A stretch of DNA of 64,000 nt from Alphaproteobacteria bacterium (GTDB lineage Bacteria > Pseudomonadota > Alphaproteobacteria > SP197): assembly GCA_965228895.1 (NCBI GenBank), contig OZ245842.1:3360001-3424000 (forward strand), written 5' to 3'. Shown here piece by piece: positions 30,179 through 39,302 of the stretch (position 1 is its first letter; each line of letters starts with the position of its first letter). The notes beneath the pieces were generated by a model. It did not search any database. It saw nothing but the letters and a program-made list of their open reading frames with translations, and was not told the origin of the DNA. Both the position numbers and the translations under genes were made by a program.

Positions 30179-30748
30179 ATGAGTGTTTCATACGTCGAAC
30201 GGGATCAGGCCGATCCCATTACCCTGGCCTTCTATGACAAGGCTGAGGACCGCTTTCAGGCGCTGCTGAACATCTTCAAGGTATTCGGCCACCAGCCGGA
30301 ATACGGCACCGTCTTCACCGACATGATTATGGCGGTCCTTAAGGACGGCGTTCTCGACTGGCAGACCAAAGAACTGCTGATCTTGAAGGCGACACAGCGC
30401 AACCAGTGTCAGTACTGCGTCGTCCAGCATGAGCGCGTCTCCAATATGCTGGGCATCGACGACGCCAAAATCGCCGATCTCGACGCGGATCTCTACCAGG
30501 CCAGCCCGCACTTCACCGAAGGCGAAAAGGCGTTGCTCGACCTGACGGTGCAAATCGGCGAGGATGCCAATCGCATCCCCAAAGCGCTATGGGATCGCCT
30601 GCACGCCAACTGGACCGAACCGCAGATCGTCGACGCCGTCTTTGTCATCACGATCTATATCGCGGTCTCAAAGTTCGGCGACGCCCTGGGCGTTGAACTG
30701 GAGCCCATGTTCGACGGCGTCAAACCGATCCTTTCCGTCGAACACTAG
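30179..30748 (+). CDS. carboxymuconolactone decarboxylase/AhpD family protein
   Basis: KELLILK...NQCQYCVVQH; FTEGEKALL; GGAGG RBS. Confidence 0.88.
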   Translation: MSVSYVERDQADPITLAFYDKAEDRFQALLNIFKVFGHQPEYGTVFTDMIMAVLKDGVLDWQTKELLILKATQRNQCQYCVVQHERVSNMLGIDDAKIADLDADLYQASPHFTEGEKALLDLTVQIGEDANRIPKALWDRLHANWTEPQIVDAVFVITIYIAVSKFGDALGVELEPMFDGVKPILSVEH

Positions 30749-30972
30749 GTGATGGCGCGCCGCCGACGCCTGCCCGGTTGCTTATGACCAATCCGACCGT
30801 TTGACCGTGTTGCCGAACGCTCAGGCTTCGTCTTGGGCGCCATGTGCGCAAAATGCGCACGCGATGGTCGAAGTCGTGTAGACTGGCCTATTGGATTACG
30901 CACGCGAAACCACCGGCTTCGGCAAACCCGACGCTAGAGGATGCGCTACACGCGCCAAGAAAAGGAGATTCA

Positions 30973-31128
30973 ATGGCCAGGCAACCCAACTACCGTTTCG
31001 AGCGGGAAGAACGCACGCGCCAGAAAGCTGCGAAAAAGGCAGCCCGCCTTGCCGCCAAACAGGAAAAAGCAGCGGCGAAAAAAGACGCTGAGTCGGATTC
31101 TCAGTCAACCGAACCGTCGGAGACCTAG
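30973..31128 (+). CDS. small basic hypothetical protein (51 aa)
   Basis: AAGGAG RBS; MARQPNYRFEREERTRQKAAKKAARLAAKQEK. Confidence 0.7.
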   Translation: MARQPNYRFEREERTRQKAAKKAARLAAKQEKAAAKKDAESDSQSTEPSET

Positions 31129-31297
31129 GTTCGGTGAGGCGGGAACAGCGGCTCTAGGAACTTTTCCTATGGCGCTGGCACCAAGCTTTATGTTGATGTC
31201 ACCGGCCGCGGCAATTGATCAGCGCCTCCGAGAAAGTCGACCTACCGCTTGCCATGGGCAGTTGCCAATCAGCTAGAACTGATCGGCACCGCCAATT

Positions 31298-31492
31298 TCA
31301 GCGGCTGCTTCCCGAGAATGACCGGACCGGCAAGCCATTGCGCCAAGCGTTCGTCGACTTGCACGATGAACAGATCCGCTCACCCGACCACTTGCTGGCG
31401 AAGGTGTTCTTGCACCTCAAGCATGTGCGCGATCTCGCAACATCTTGAGCTGAGTGGTTATCGGCCGTCGCTTCATCTGCAGAACGGGTCAC
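31298..31492 (-). CDS. small zinc-ribbon protein
   Basis: RTCLRC..F.S.W.GERICSSCK (two CxxC pairs); GTG start overlaps the upstream stop (GTGA). Confidence 0.7.
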   Translation of the reverse strand: MTRSADEATADNHSAQDVARSRTCLRCKNTFASKWSGERICSSCKSTNAWRNGLPVRSFSGSSR

Positions 31493-31800
31493 GGTGTATC
31501 CTTCCCACGCCCGCCCAGCCAAGCGAGGTCCTCCAGCGCGAGTGCGATGAGCTCGCGGCGGCGTGGCTCCTGTCCTTCAATCGTCGCCGCAAACAGTTGG
31601 ACGAGATACTGCGCTCTTGCCGTCGCGTCCGCGCATGTCTCGGCAGGCGCCGCCAACAACGTTGTTTCCAACGCGTCCTGGCGACACTTCAAGTCAGCCT
31701 GATGGGCGTGGAAATCCTCAAGGCGCTGACGCCGGCTCTCTGTCGCCTCGCGGGCAGACTTTTCTCGATGCGCATCAAGATCAACAGGATCGTCTGTCAT
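31489..31800 (-). CDS. hypothetical protein (MTDDPVDLDAHR-type)
   Basis: Co-directional with the transglutaminase gene; LETTLLAAPAET..DA.ARAQYL motif recalled from alphaproteobacterial hypothetical proteins. Confidence 0.7.
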   Translation of the reverse strand: MTDDPVDLDAHREKSAREATESRRQRLEDFHAHQADLKCRQDALETTLLAAPAETCADATARAQYLVQLFAATIEGQEPRRRELIALALEDLAWLGGRGKDTP

Positions 31801-31878
31801 CAGGACTCTTGGCCTCCAGTGCCCGAAACAATGCTTGCGCCAACCATGCCTGCAGTCGGCTGCGACGCGGAATACGCC

Positions 31879-32694
31879 TCATGCAACATCGGCAACTTCA
31901 TCCGTCCAAACGCGGAACGTCTCGAGTGTGTTGGGCCCGAACGTTGTCGTCATGGCGACGTCGGTCGCATCCCGGCCACGCGCCAATAGGACCCTGCCGA
32001 TACGGGGAACGTTGTTTCGCGGGTCAAAGGTGTACCAGCTGCCGCCGAGATAGGCCTCGAACCAGGCAGCAAAGTCGCCGGGCGCATGGGGCGGCGGCGT
32101 TCCGACATCGCCGAGATAGCCCGTGCAGTATCGCGCGGGGATGTTCAATGCCCGGCAAAACGCCACGGCCAGATGGGTGAAGTCGCGGCATACGCCGTGG
32201 CGCTCCTCATAGGCTTCGAAAGCTGTCCGGGTCGCCCGCGCGCGTTGGTAATCGAACGTGATGTGGTCGTGGACAAAATCGCAAATTCCCTGGACACGCG
32301 GCCATCCCGGCTCCAGCGAACCGAACAAGGTCCACGCCAAATCAAGCAGCCGGTCGCTTTCGCAATAGCGGCTCCCCAGAAGAAACACCAAGGCCTCCTC
32401 GGGAAGATCCTCGACCGGGATTTGTCTGGCCCCCGCCACGACCGGATCAGCCTGACCGGTGTCTCGGATGATGGAATCCGATGAGATCGAGACATGACCG
32501 GCCGGGGCGACAATTCTGGTGCACCAGTTGCCGAACACATCGCGATAGCCTGCAACGGGAACGGTCGGGTTGACCACGATATGGTCTGGCGACAGGAGAT
32601 CGGAAGCGCGCGTGAAATGAACGTTCAGCATCAGGATAACCGGCGTCGGCTGGGGGAAGACGTAGCCGATCTTGTAGCCGACACGCAGCTTCAT
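31879..32694 (-). CDS. transglutaminase-like family protein
   Basis: FLLGSRYCESD, GVCRDFTHL, IPARYCTGYL, DFAAWFEAYL, GRDATD. Confidence 0.93.
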   Translation of the reverse strand: MKLRVGYKIGYVFPQPTPVILMLNVHFTRASDLLSPDHIVVNPTVPVAGYRDVFGNWCTRIVAPAGHVSISSDSIIRDTGQADPVVAGARQIPVEDLPEEALVFLLGSRYCESDRLLDLAWTLFGSLEPGWPRVQGICDFVHDHITFDYQRARATRTAFEAYEERHGVCRDFTHLAVAFCRALNIPARYCTGYLGDVGTPPPHAPGDFAAWFEAYLGGSWYTFDPRNNVPRIGRVLLARGRDATDVAMTTTFGPNTLETFRVWTDEVADVA

Positions 32695-32729
32695 CTCGCT
32701 CCCCTGCGGCGACAGGCCGTCCGGTGACA

Positions 32730-32930
32730 TCACGGTAGCGCGCATTGATCACCTGCTTTCTTGTACGGCCGATCGCATTCCCAACCGGTACCGAGACTAT
32801 CGGAACTGGCGTTGGCGGGGATCTCGGCTGAGGCAACTTGAGCGCTTACGGAACCAGGCGTTGCTACGACAAGGATCAAGAACAAAAGTTGGGCTCCGAA
32901 AGTCGTCAATAGCCTTCGTCCGTTAGGCAT
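32730..32930 (-). pseudogene. short or truncated secreted Cys-repeat protein (single IPANA...GWEC.R.Y...C unit)
   Basis: GAGG RBS, signal peptide, one repeat unit, then stop. Confidence 0.5.
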
Positions 32931-33409
32931 GATGGGTTCCTCGTTGTTTTCTGGCCCGCTTCCGACGGATCCACAGGGCTCCTTCGGCGCGACTAAGTGT
33001 TTGGCCGCGCATCATCACGACTGACGCCGCATCGCGGCCAAGCATCAACGCAACGATTTGACCGGCTGATTATCCTGTGCGCGGTCACGAGGGCCTTCGG
33101 CACCACATGGGGCGACGTTCGCTGCCTTGTCTACTACGTAAATAATATTTCGTAGATATTTGCCTTGTTGCAACAATCATTGCTGCAACAATAATTAGCG
33201 TGACATCTTTACTATATACTAGAAAATTGCCGTATACAAACGGCATCGATAAATTTTGATAAACACCTTTCTATGTTTGTATTCAGGCCATTACCAGGTC
33301 TTTCGGATCGACGGATTTCAACAGCGCGCCGGGCCTATCGGTAGGGTCCGTGAAACCGACCTTCCGGCGACCGCCGGAATCCTATGACAGCATTCCGCGA
33401 CATCGCGCA

Positions 33410-34351
33410 CTAGACGTCAAACAGCTCTAACGCGAGTTCGTCGAGTGATCCGACATCATGAAGCGGAAATCGGGCGGCTATGGGTTCAAAGACATCCATC
33501 GTTCGGTGCTGTTCTAATCCGATTGCCTGGCGATAGAGCGCCATGCCCAATGCCTGGCGGGGGAAACTGCCAGTCACCGGCCAGTCGCTGGCATCCAGGA
33601 ACGTCCGAAACAACGCCTTGTCGCATGCGAACATGTCGCGATAGAGCTGGATCAACTCGTAATGACGGTCAGTCGCCAACGCATCGCCCCAATCGATGAT
33701 CCCAGTCAAACAGCCCTGGTCGACGAACACGTGATTGGCGCAGAGATCGCCACGCACAAATACGCAATCAAAGGACTCCATCTGTGCGATGAACCGGTCG
33801 ACCTGCGCGACCAGATGATGCGGCAGAGAGCTTTGTTCGGCGGCAGCCGCAACATCCAGCGGATGCCAGTCTTGGCTCGATTCCATGCCTGCTGGAGATA
33901 GGGCGTGGATGCGGCGCACCTGTTTGCCCAAGTCTTCAGCGAGCGTGTGCCATGCCTGTTTGGACAGTGCCGCATCGCATGACGCGACCCCAGCCACACG
34001 TGACGTGACCAGGTAAGGCCAGGCAGCGTCCGGGTCATCGAACAACCGGCCTTGGGCCAAGAGGCCCGGCGCCGCAATCTCCCGTTCGTCGGCAACAGCT
34101 GTCATGGCCGCGCGTTCGCCGGCAAAACTTCGACGCCAAGCGCTGGCGTATCCGAACAGCTTCACGACCACATCGCCACAAAGAAACGTCGGATAGGTCG
34201 GGTTGGACCCCGCCCATAGCACTGCGCGGTCGTCCAGATCATGGCGCCTGAGAACCTCTGTAATATACGGGGACCAAAAAGTATCATCGCCAAGACGCAC
34301 AACATAGTCGCTATCTGACACGAAACCGGGTGGCGTCATCATCGACTGCAA
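33410..34351 (-). CDS. aminoglycoside phosphotransferase (APH)/choline kinase family protein
   Basis: VVVKLF, WPYLVTSRV.G, RGDLCANH, IIDWGD; AGGAG RBS. Confidence 0.85.
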   Translation of the reverse strand: MQSMMTPPGFVSDSDYVVRLGDDTFWSPYITEVLRRHDLDDRAVLWAGSNPTYPTFLCGDVVVKLFGYASAWRRSFAGERAAMTAVADEREIAAPGLLAQGRLFDDPDAAWPYLVTSRVAGVASCDAALSKQAWHTLAEDLGKQVRRIHALSPAGMESSQDWHPLDVAAAAEQSSLPHHLVAQVDRFIAQMESFDCVFVRGDLCANHVFVDQGCLTGIIDWGDALATDRHYELIQLYRDMFACDKALFRTFLDASDWPVTGSFPRQALGMALYRQAIGLEQHRTMDVFEPIAARFPLHDVGSLDELALELFDV

Positions 34352-34547
34352 CTCCTGGCGTCTGCTTGCGCGTCAAGAGCGCGGACTGATACCCGATTGA
34401 AACATATTTGGTCGTTCAGCGCTAAATCCCGGGGTTGATCCGACATAGACGGCCCTTATCTTTACGCCACATTTGCCGCCATTCATCTCGAACGGCCGCT
34501 TGCCACGCCATGACGCCGTGGCGGCGACACAGTCAAAGGGGGTTTTT

Positions 34548-35627
34548 ATGACGTCTTCAGGTATTCGCACGACCAATGGCCGCGGCCGGCGGTTCGACAG
34601 CGTGCTCGACACCATCGGCGACACGCCGGTCATCCGGGTCAACAATCTGGGACCCGATCACGTCACCATGTATGTGAAGGCCGAGGCCTTCAACCCGGCC
34701 GCGTCGGTCAAGGATCGCCTGGCCGTCAACATCATCGAAGCCGCCGAGCGCGACGGCACATTGAAACCCGGTCAGACCGTCGTTGAGGCGACCAGCGGCA
34801 ACACCGGCATCGGTCTTGCCATGGTGTGCGCGCAGAAAGGTTATCCGCTTGTCGTCACCATGGCCGACAGTTTCTCGATCGAACGGCGCAAGCTGATGCG
34901 CATGCTGGGCGCCAAGGTTGTCTTGACGCCGCGCGCCCAAAAAGGCTTCGGCATGTACCAGAAGGCGGTCGAGTTGGCCGAAGCCAACGGCTGGTTTCTG
35001 GCCCGCCAGTTTGAGACAGACGCCAACGCCGACATTCATGAAACCACGACCGCGCGCGAGATCATCGCCGATTTCGACGGCGAGCGGCTCGACTATTTCG
35101 TCACCGGTTACGGCACCGGCGGCACCGTCAGCGGCGTCGGCCGCGTCCTGCGCAAGGAGCGCCCGGAGACCAAGATCATCCTGACCGAACCGGCCAACGC
35201 CCAGCTTGTCGGCAGCGGCCACGCCCAGGAACGCAATGCCGAAGGCGCGCCGGCAGCAAGCCATCCCGCGTTCGAGCCCCATCCGATCCAAGGCTGGACG
35301 CCGGATTTCATCCCGCTGGTGTTACAGGAATCCCTCGACAACAAATTCCACGACGATCTGATCCCCGTGCCCGGCCCCGAAGGCATCAAGTGGGCGCAGG
35401 AACTGGCGGCCAAGGAAGGCATCTTCACCGGCATTTCCGGCGGATCGACCTTTGCCGTCGGTGTCACGGTCGCCGAGGCGGCCGAACCCGGCTCGGTCAT
35501 CCTGTGCATGCTGCCCGATACCGGCGAGCGCTACATGACGACGCCGCTGTTCGACGACATTGCCGAGGACATGGACGAGGAAGAACTGGCGTTGTCGAAA
35601 TCGACGCCCGGTTTCCAGATGGACTAA
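34548..35627 (+). CDS. cysK: PLP-dependent cysteine synthase
   Basis: TIGDTPV, NPAASVKDRLA, EATSGNTGIGLA, GYGTGGT, HPIQG, PDTGERY. Confidence 0.92.
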   Translation: MTSSGIRTTNGRGRRFDSVLDTIGDTPVIRVNNLGPDHVTMYVKAEAFNPAASVKDRLAVNIIEAAERDGTLKPGQTVVEATSGNTGIGLAMVCAQKGYPLVVTMADSFSIERRKLMRMLGAKVVLTPRAQKGFGMYQKAVELAEANGWFLARQFETDANADIHETTTAREIIADFDGERLDYFVTGYGTGGTVSGVGRVLRKERPETKIILTEPANAQLVGSGHAQERNAEGAPAASHPAFEPHPIQGWTPDFIPLVLQESLDNKFHDDLIPVPGPEGIKWAQELAAKEGIFTGISGGSTFAVGVTVAEAAEPGSVILCMLPDTGERYMTTPLFDDIAEDMDEEELALSKSTPGFQMD

Positions 35628-35658
35628 GCGAACATTCGCCCGCTGGAGTGGCGCGGCG

Positions 35659-36225
35659 TCAGTTCTGCGCTTTTTCGTGATAGAGGCGGCGGGCTTCGCC
35701 AATCTCGTCGATCGACATCTGAAGCGACAGCGTCTCACGATGGTCGACGGCGGCGCTGAAGCCGCCCGCCGCGGCCAGGTCGAACCACATATAGGCGCGC
35801 ACCAGATCCTGCGGCACACCGTCGCCGCGTTCGTACATCAAGGCCAGCATGTGCTGGGCGCGCGCGTTGTTCTGTTCGGCAGCCAGTTCGAACAACCGCG
35901 CAGCCTCGACGAAATCATGCTGCGGGCTTGCGCTGTTCAAATGCATGGTTGCCAGTTTGAACTGCGCCTCGGGAACGCCACGTTCGGCGGCGGACTGGAA
36001 CAGCGCGACCGCCTTGGCATGATCGAGCGGCATGCCGCGTCCGGTATAGTACTTCATGGCGAGGTCGTATTGGGTGCGCGGGTCGACATCGTCGTGAACG
36101 ACCGTATCGCTGACGGCGGCCTGTACCGTACCGGTGCCGGCGACATCGTTGCGCGTACCCTGTGGATCGGCCCACGCCGGCGCCGCAATACAACCAAGTA
36201 AGATCATCAGAGCCAACCGCTGCAT
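35659..36225 (-). CDS. secreted Sel1-like repeat protein
   Basis: Signal peptide MQRLALMILLG; AQFKLA.M, AQHMLALMYERGDGVPQDLVRAYMWF. Confidence 0.88.
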   Translation of the reverse strand: MQRLALMILLGCIAAPAWADPQGTRNDVAGTGTVQAAVSDTVVHDDVDPRTQYDLAMKYYTGRGMPLDHAKAVALFQSAAERGVPEAQFKLATMHLNSASPQHDFVEAARLFELAAEQNNARAQHMLALMYERGDGVPQDLVRAYMWFDLAAAGGFSAAVDHRETLSLQMSIDEIGEARRLYHEKAQN

Positions 36226-36419
36226 GCCGGCCTCGTGATTTCTGCGCGACCCCTCGAAAGAGCCGCCTAGCGCCCGCAACTGTTGTCTAACGCACGGCCC
36301 GATTCGTCTGTGACGGGCCGCACGATCGTGTCGAATCGAGAGGCCTGTGGCTCGTCGAACATCGCGCAAAGCCTCGATTTCACGGATTCCGGCGTTGATT
36401 GTCTGGTAATGGCAATCGA

Positions 36420-36911
36420 TCACATCGCCAGGACGATCAGCGTCACGATGCCCCAGATGGCGGCCAGGAAGTGGGTCATCTGGCCGTGGGTGCCGTGCCA
36501 GTACTGGAACCACTGACCGCCGATCAGAAAGGCTGCCCAAATCATGATGAAGCCGAGCACGGCAAGGATGGCGAGCGTGCTGGCCCCATTCTGAGTGACC
36601 ACACCGGTCATCGCCAGCAACAGCCCAAGACCGCCCAGCCAGAGCGCCAGCGCGACCATACATTCGCACGCAACGATCAGGGCGAAGACCCGGCGTACGG
36701 TCTGCGGGTTCTCGATACGGCGCCACGCGACCATCTTGTAAATCTCGGGTTCGTGCTCGGCGAGTGTCTCCAGCCGCAACACCCGGCCGACGTCGTCGCG
36801 GTTGATGGACGGATAACGCAAATTGTCGAGCGCGCCCAGGCTCAGCCACGCGGCCTGCGCCAGTACCAACACCATCTGCGCGATCTCGATCGCCAGTCCC
36901 TGCATCGCCAT
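36420..36911 (-). CDS. DUF2165-like membrane protein
   Basis: Four TM helices; WRRIENP, AFLIGGQWFQYW. Confidence 0.75.
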   Translation of the reverse strand: MAMQGLAIEIAQMVLVLAQAAWLSLGALDNLRYPSINRDDVGRVLRLETLAEHEPEIYKMVAWRRIENPQTVRRVFALIVACECMVALALWLGGLGLLLAMTGVVTQNGASTLAILAVLGFIMIWAAFLIGGQWFQYWHGTHGQMTHFLAAIWGIVTLIVLAM

Positions 36912-36980
36912 CCCCTGCAGCCTTCAAGGCAACGTTCGGCGATGGTGCCCAAGTCGGCTGACAGGGACAACCGGCTTTGA

Positions 36981-37439
36981 TCAGACAATTTTCTCCGGCA
37001 GCCCGCGTCCGTCGTTCCACCAGCGATGGGGGTTGTCGCTGTTGGGATCGTACGCGGTCCGGCTCGCCCAGTCCTCGCGCACGAAAATGGCCGGCTGTTC
37101 GTAATGATGCACATAAAGGATGGCATCCATGACCCGCTCCAGCGCCGCACGGTCGCGCTCGATCGAAATCTTGAGCTCGACCATCGGATAGGTTTCGGTC
37201 TGGCCCGCCTGGAACCCCGCGACATGGGTCGTGGTTGTCGAACCGGCTGCCGGCTGCGTCGTCTCCTTGCCGGTGGCCGAGATGCTGGCAGTACGCTGGT
37301 AGCGGCCATAACTCAGCGGGTGGACCGCCATGACCGCGTCCAAGATGCGGTCGGTATCGTCGGGCCGCGTCTGGATCTCAAGGGTCCAGACCGGGATCAG
37401 CGTTCCCGATTGCGCCTTGTAGTCGGCAAGTTCGCTCAC
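36981..37439 (-). CDS. hypothetical protein with YqfO/CutA-like (PII-like) fold
   Basis: YGRYQR, ..AILYVHHYEQPAIFVRE, DNPHRWWN; GTG start after AAGGA. Confidence 0.7.
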   Translation of the reverse strand: MSELADYKAQSGTLIPVWTLEIQTRPDDTDRILDAVMAVHPLSYGRYQRTASISATGKETTQPAAGSTTTTHVAGFQAGQTETYPMVELKISIERDRAALERVMDAILYVHHYEQPAIFVREDWASRTAYDPNSDNPHRWWNDGRGLPEKIV

Positions 37440-37517
37440 GGCAGTCGTCCTTAAGTCGTGACGTCGAACGAGCATCCTGCCACGAACCTCCTGACACCCC
37501 TGTGTCAGGAATGGATG

Positions 37518-37988
37518 TCAGTCTTTGGCGCGCAGGGGCGACCCGTCGCGATGGGTGAAGCTGTGGCCGGACTTGGTCTTGGTCAGCAGCAGATCGAGAT
37601 CGCTATAGTAACAGTGGCCCTCTGGCGACCGCGTGCCGACGACAAGGTAAGTCGCCGGTTTGTCGCTTTTGTTCGTGACATGATGGCCGTTCGGGTCGCC
37701 GGCCTTGAAGGCGGCGGCGTCGCCGGGCTGCATCGTGTGCTCGCCGTCGTCGTCGACCAGCACCAGTTCGCCTTCCAGCAGATAGAGGAACTCGTCCTCG
37801 TCATCGTGCCAATGGCGGTGCGACGACGTCGAAGCCGGGTAAAGCACCTCCAGGGTGACACCGAACTGGGTCAAGCCGCCCGCATCGCTAAGCGGCCAAC
37901 CTTGATAGCGGCCCAGTTGGCCGTCAAACGGTGCGGGATAGTCGCCGCCTTCTTGTACCTCGACATCGCGTTGTCGAATCACCGGCAT
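37518..37988 (-). CDS. cupin domain protein
   Basis: LSDAGGLTQFGV, SSHRHWH..EDEFLYLLEGE, FKAGDPNGH; GGAG RBS. Confidence 0.92.
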   Translation of the reverse strand: MPVIRQRDVEVQEGGDYPAPFDGQLGRYQGWPLSDAGGLTQFGVTLEVLYPASTSSHRHWHDDEDEFLYLLEGELVLVDDDGEHTMQPGDAAAFKAGDPNGHHVTNKSDKPATYLVVGTRSPEGHCYYSDLDLLLTKTKSGHSFTHRDGSPLRAKD

Positions 37989-38156
37989 AAGGTATCTCCA
38001 GGACTGAGGGCGCGGCAGCGCCGGCATAGGTGCGCTTCCGGCACCGTTCTGTCAACGCGCGCGCCAAGGCGCCTGGGCGCGGCGATTACAGACGGCCCTT
38101 GCTCCACGACGCCATGTTTGTTTAGGTCTGAACCACGCAACAGACGAGGGTGGGCC

Positions 38157-39002
38157 ATGACCGACTCCAAACGCTTTGATCAGGTGACGGATTTTTACGA
38201 CACCCACCCGATCAACGAGCATCAGATCATCGAAAAACTTGAACGTGACGGCATCAATCTCAACGCTCTAAGCGAAGACGAGCTTCAGGCCTACGACCAG
38301 GACCACTATGGCGGCCTTGCGGCCAACGACAGACTGGCCGAACTTGCTGATATCACGGCATCAACGCACGTTTTGGACGTCTGCTGTGGTATGGGCGGGC
38401 CGGCACGCTACCTCGCCCACAAGTACGGCTGCCGCGTCACGGGAAACGATCTGACCCAGAGCCGGGCCGACGGTGCGACCAGGCTGAGCGCGATGGCAGG
38501 TCTCGACGACCGTGTCACCTTTCGCCAAGGCAACGCGCTCGATCTGGCGTTCGCCGACGGCACCTTCGACGTTGTGATCAGTCAGGAATCGTTCTGCCAC
38601 ATCCCCGACAAGGACCGGCTGATCGCCGAATGCGTGCGCGTTTTGAAACCCGGCGGGCGCATGGCTTTCACCGATATCCTGACGACCGCCACCACCAGCC
38701 CGGCGGCGCTGGAACGCGTTTCAAGAGAGCTGATGTTCGCCGAACTCAGTTCGCTCGACGCCTATCGTCGACGCTTCACCGAGAACGGCTGTGAGATTGA
38801 GTCCGTTGAGGACCTCAGCGACGAGTGGCACGCCATCCTCGTCGACCGTCTGGCAATGTACCGCAGCCTGGAAGACCAGACCGTCTCCAGTTTCGGTCAG
38901 GCGCATTTTGATAAATGGGACAGCGCCTACGCCTTCTTTGTCGGACTCTATGAGACCGGCGACTTGGGTGGTGGCCGCATACTCGCCCGTCGCGGTCAGT
39001 GA
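38157..39002 (+). CDS. class I SAM-dependent methyltransferase (sarcosine/dimethylglycine N-methyltransferase-like)
   Basis: DQDHYGG, VLDVCCGMGGPARYLA, FDVVISQE, RVLKPGG. Confidence 0.88.
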   Translation: MTDSKRFDQVTDFYDTHPINEHQIIEKLERDGINLNALSEDELQAYDQDHYGGLAANDRLAELADITASTHVLDVCCGMGGPARYLAHKYGCRVTGNDLTQSRADGATRLSAMAGLDDRVTFRQGNALDLAFADGTFDVVISQESFCHIPDKDRLIAECVRVLKPGGRMAFTDILTTATTSPAALERVSRELMFAELSSLDAYRRRFTENGCEIESVEDLSDEWHAILVDRLAMYRSLEDQTVSSFGQAHFDKWDSAYAFFVGLYETGDLGGGRILARRGQ

Positions 39003-39229
39003 CAGTCGCGGCAGCGCTTTTGGCGCATCCGATCCGGCTTTTCTGTGGAACCCGCGTTGGCCGGCAGGTCGAAAGCATCCTGCGGCACCAGATCGTCGCG
39101 CGCCACACCGAGCGGCGCCGTGATGCCGTCGAGACCGTCGGCCCAAGGCGAACCATCGCCATCCACATTGGCCGAGGCAGGGAAAGCCACCAGCAGTGCC
39201 ATCAAGGGCCAACCTGCCAGACGGTTCAT
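38996..39229 (-). CDS. small secreted protein with C-terminal CxxCH
   Basis: AGGAGG RBS, Sec signal peptide ending ASA, ends in RCRDCH*. Confidence 0.6.
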   Translation of the reverse strand: MNRLAGWPLMALLVAFPASANVDGDGSPWADGLDGITAPLGVARDDLVPQDAFDLPANAGSTEKPDRMRQKRCRDCH

Positions 39230-39302
39230 GAACGCCTCCTGTCCGATGCCAATGCCATCCCCATCACTACGCCCTACGCGGCCGAACGGATGAGGCCATC
39301 GT

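Noticed and set aside
30900-30960. c-di-GMP-I riboswitch suggested by GGCAAACC
   Set aside because: Lacks the GNRA loop/receptor and GGGACGCAAAGC architecture
31176-31192. Sigma-54 promoter (TGGCAC...)
   Set aside because: The -12 TTGC element is absent and there is no properly oriented downstream gene
32976-33103. Tandem glycine riboswitch suggested by two GCCGAAGG motifs on the minus strand
   Set aside because: The required GGAGA and CTCAGG elements are missing, and the downstream genes are unrelated to glycine
35659-37020. 453-aa ORF as a single gene
   Set aside because: Only the last 188 aa (from 36225) form a Sel1 protein; the upstream part overlaps the DUF2165 gene in another frame
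37458-38156. N-terminal extension of the methyltransferase ORF
   Set aside because: Antisense to the cupin gene; the real start with an RBS is at 38157
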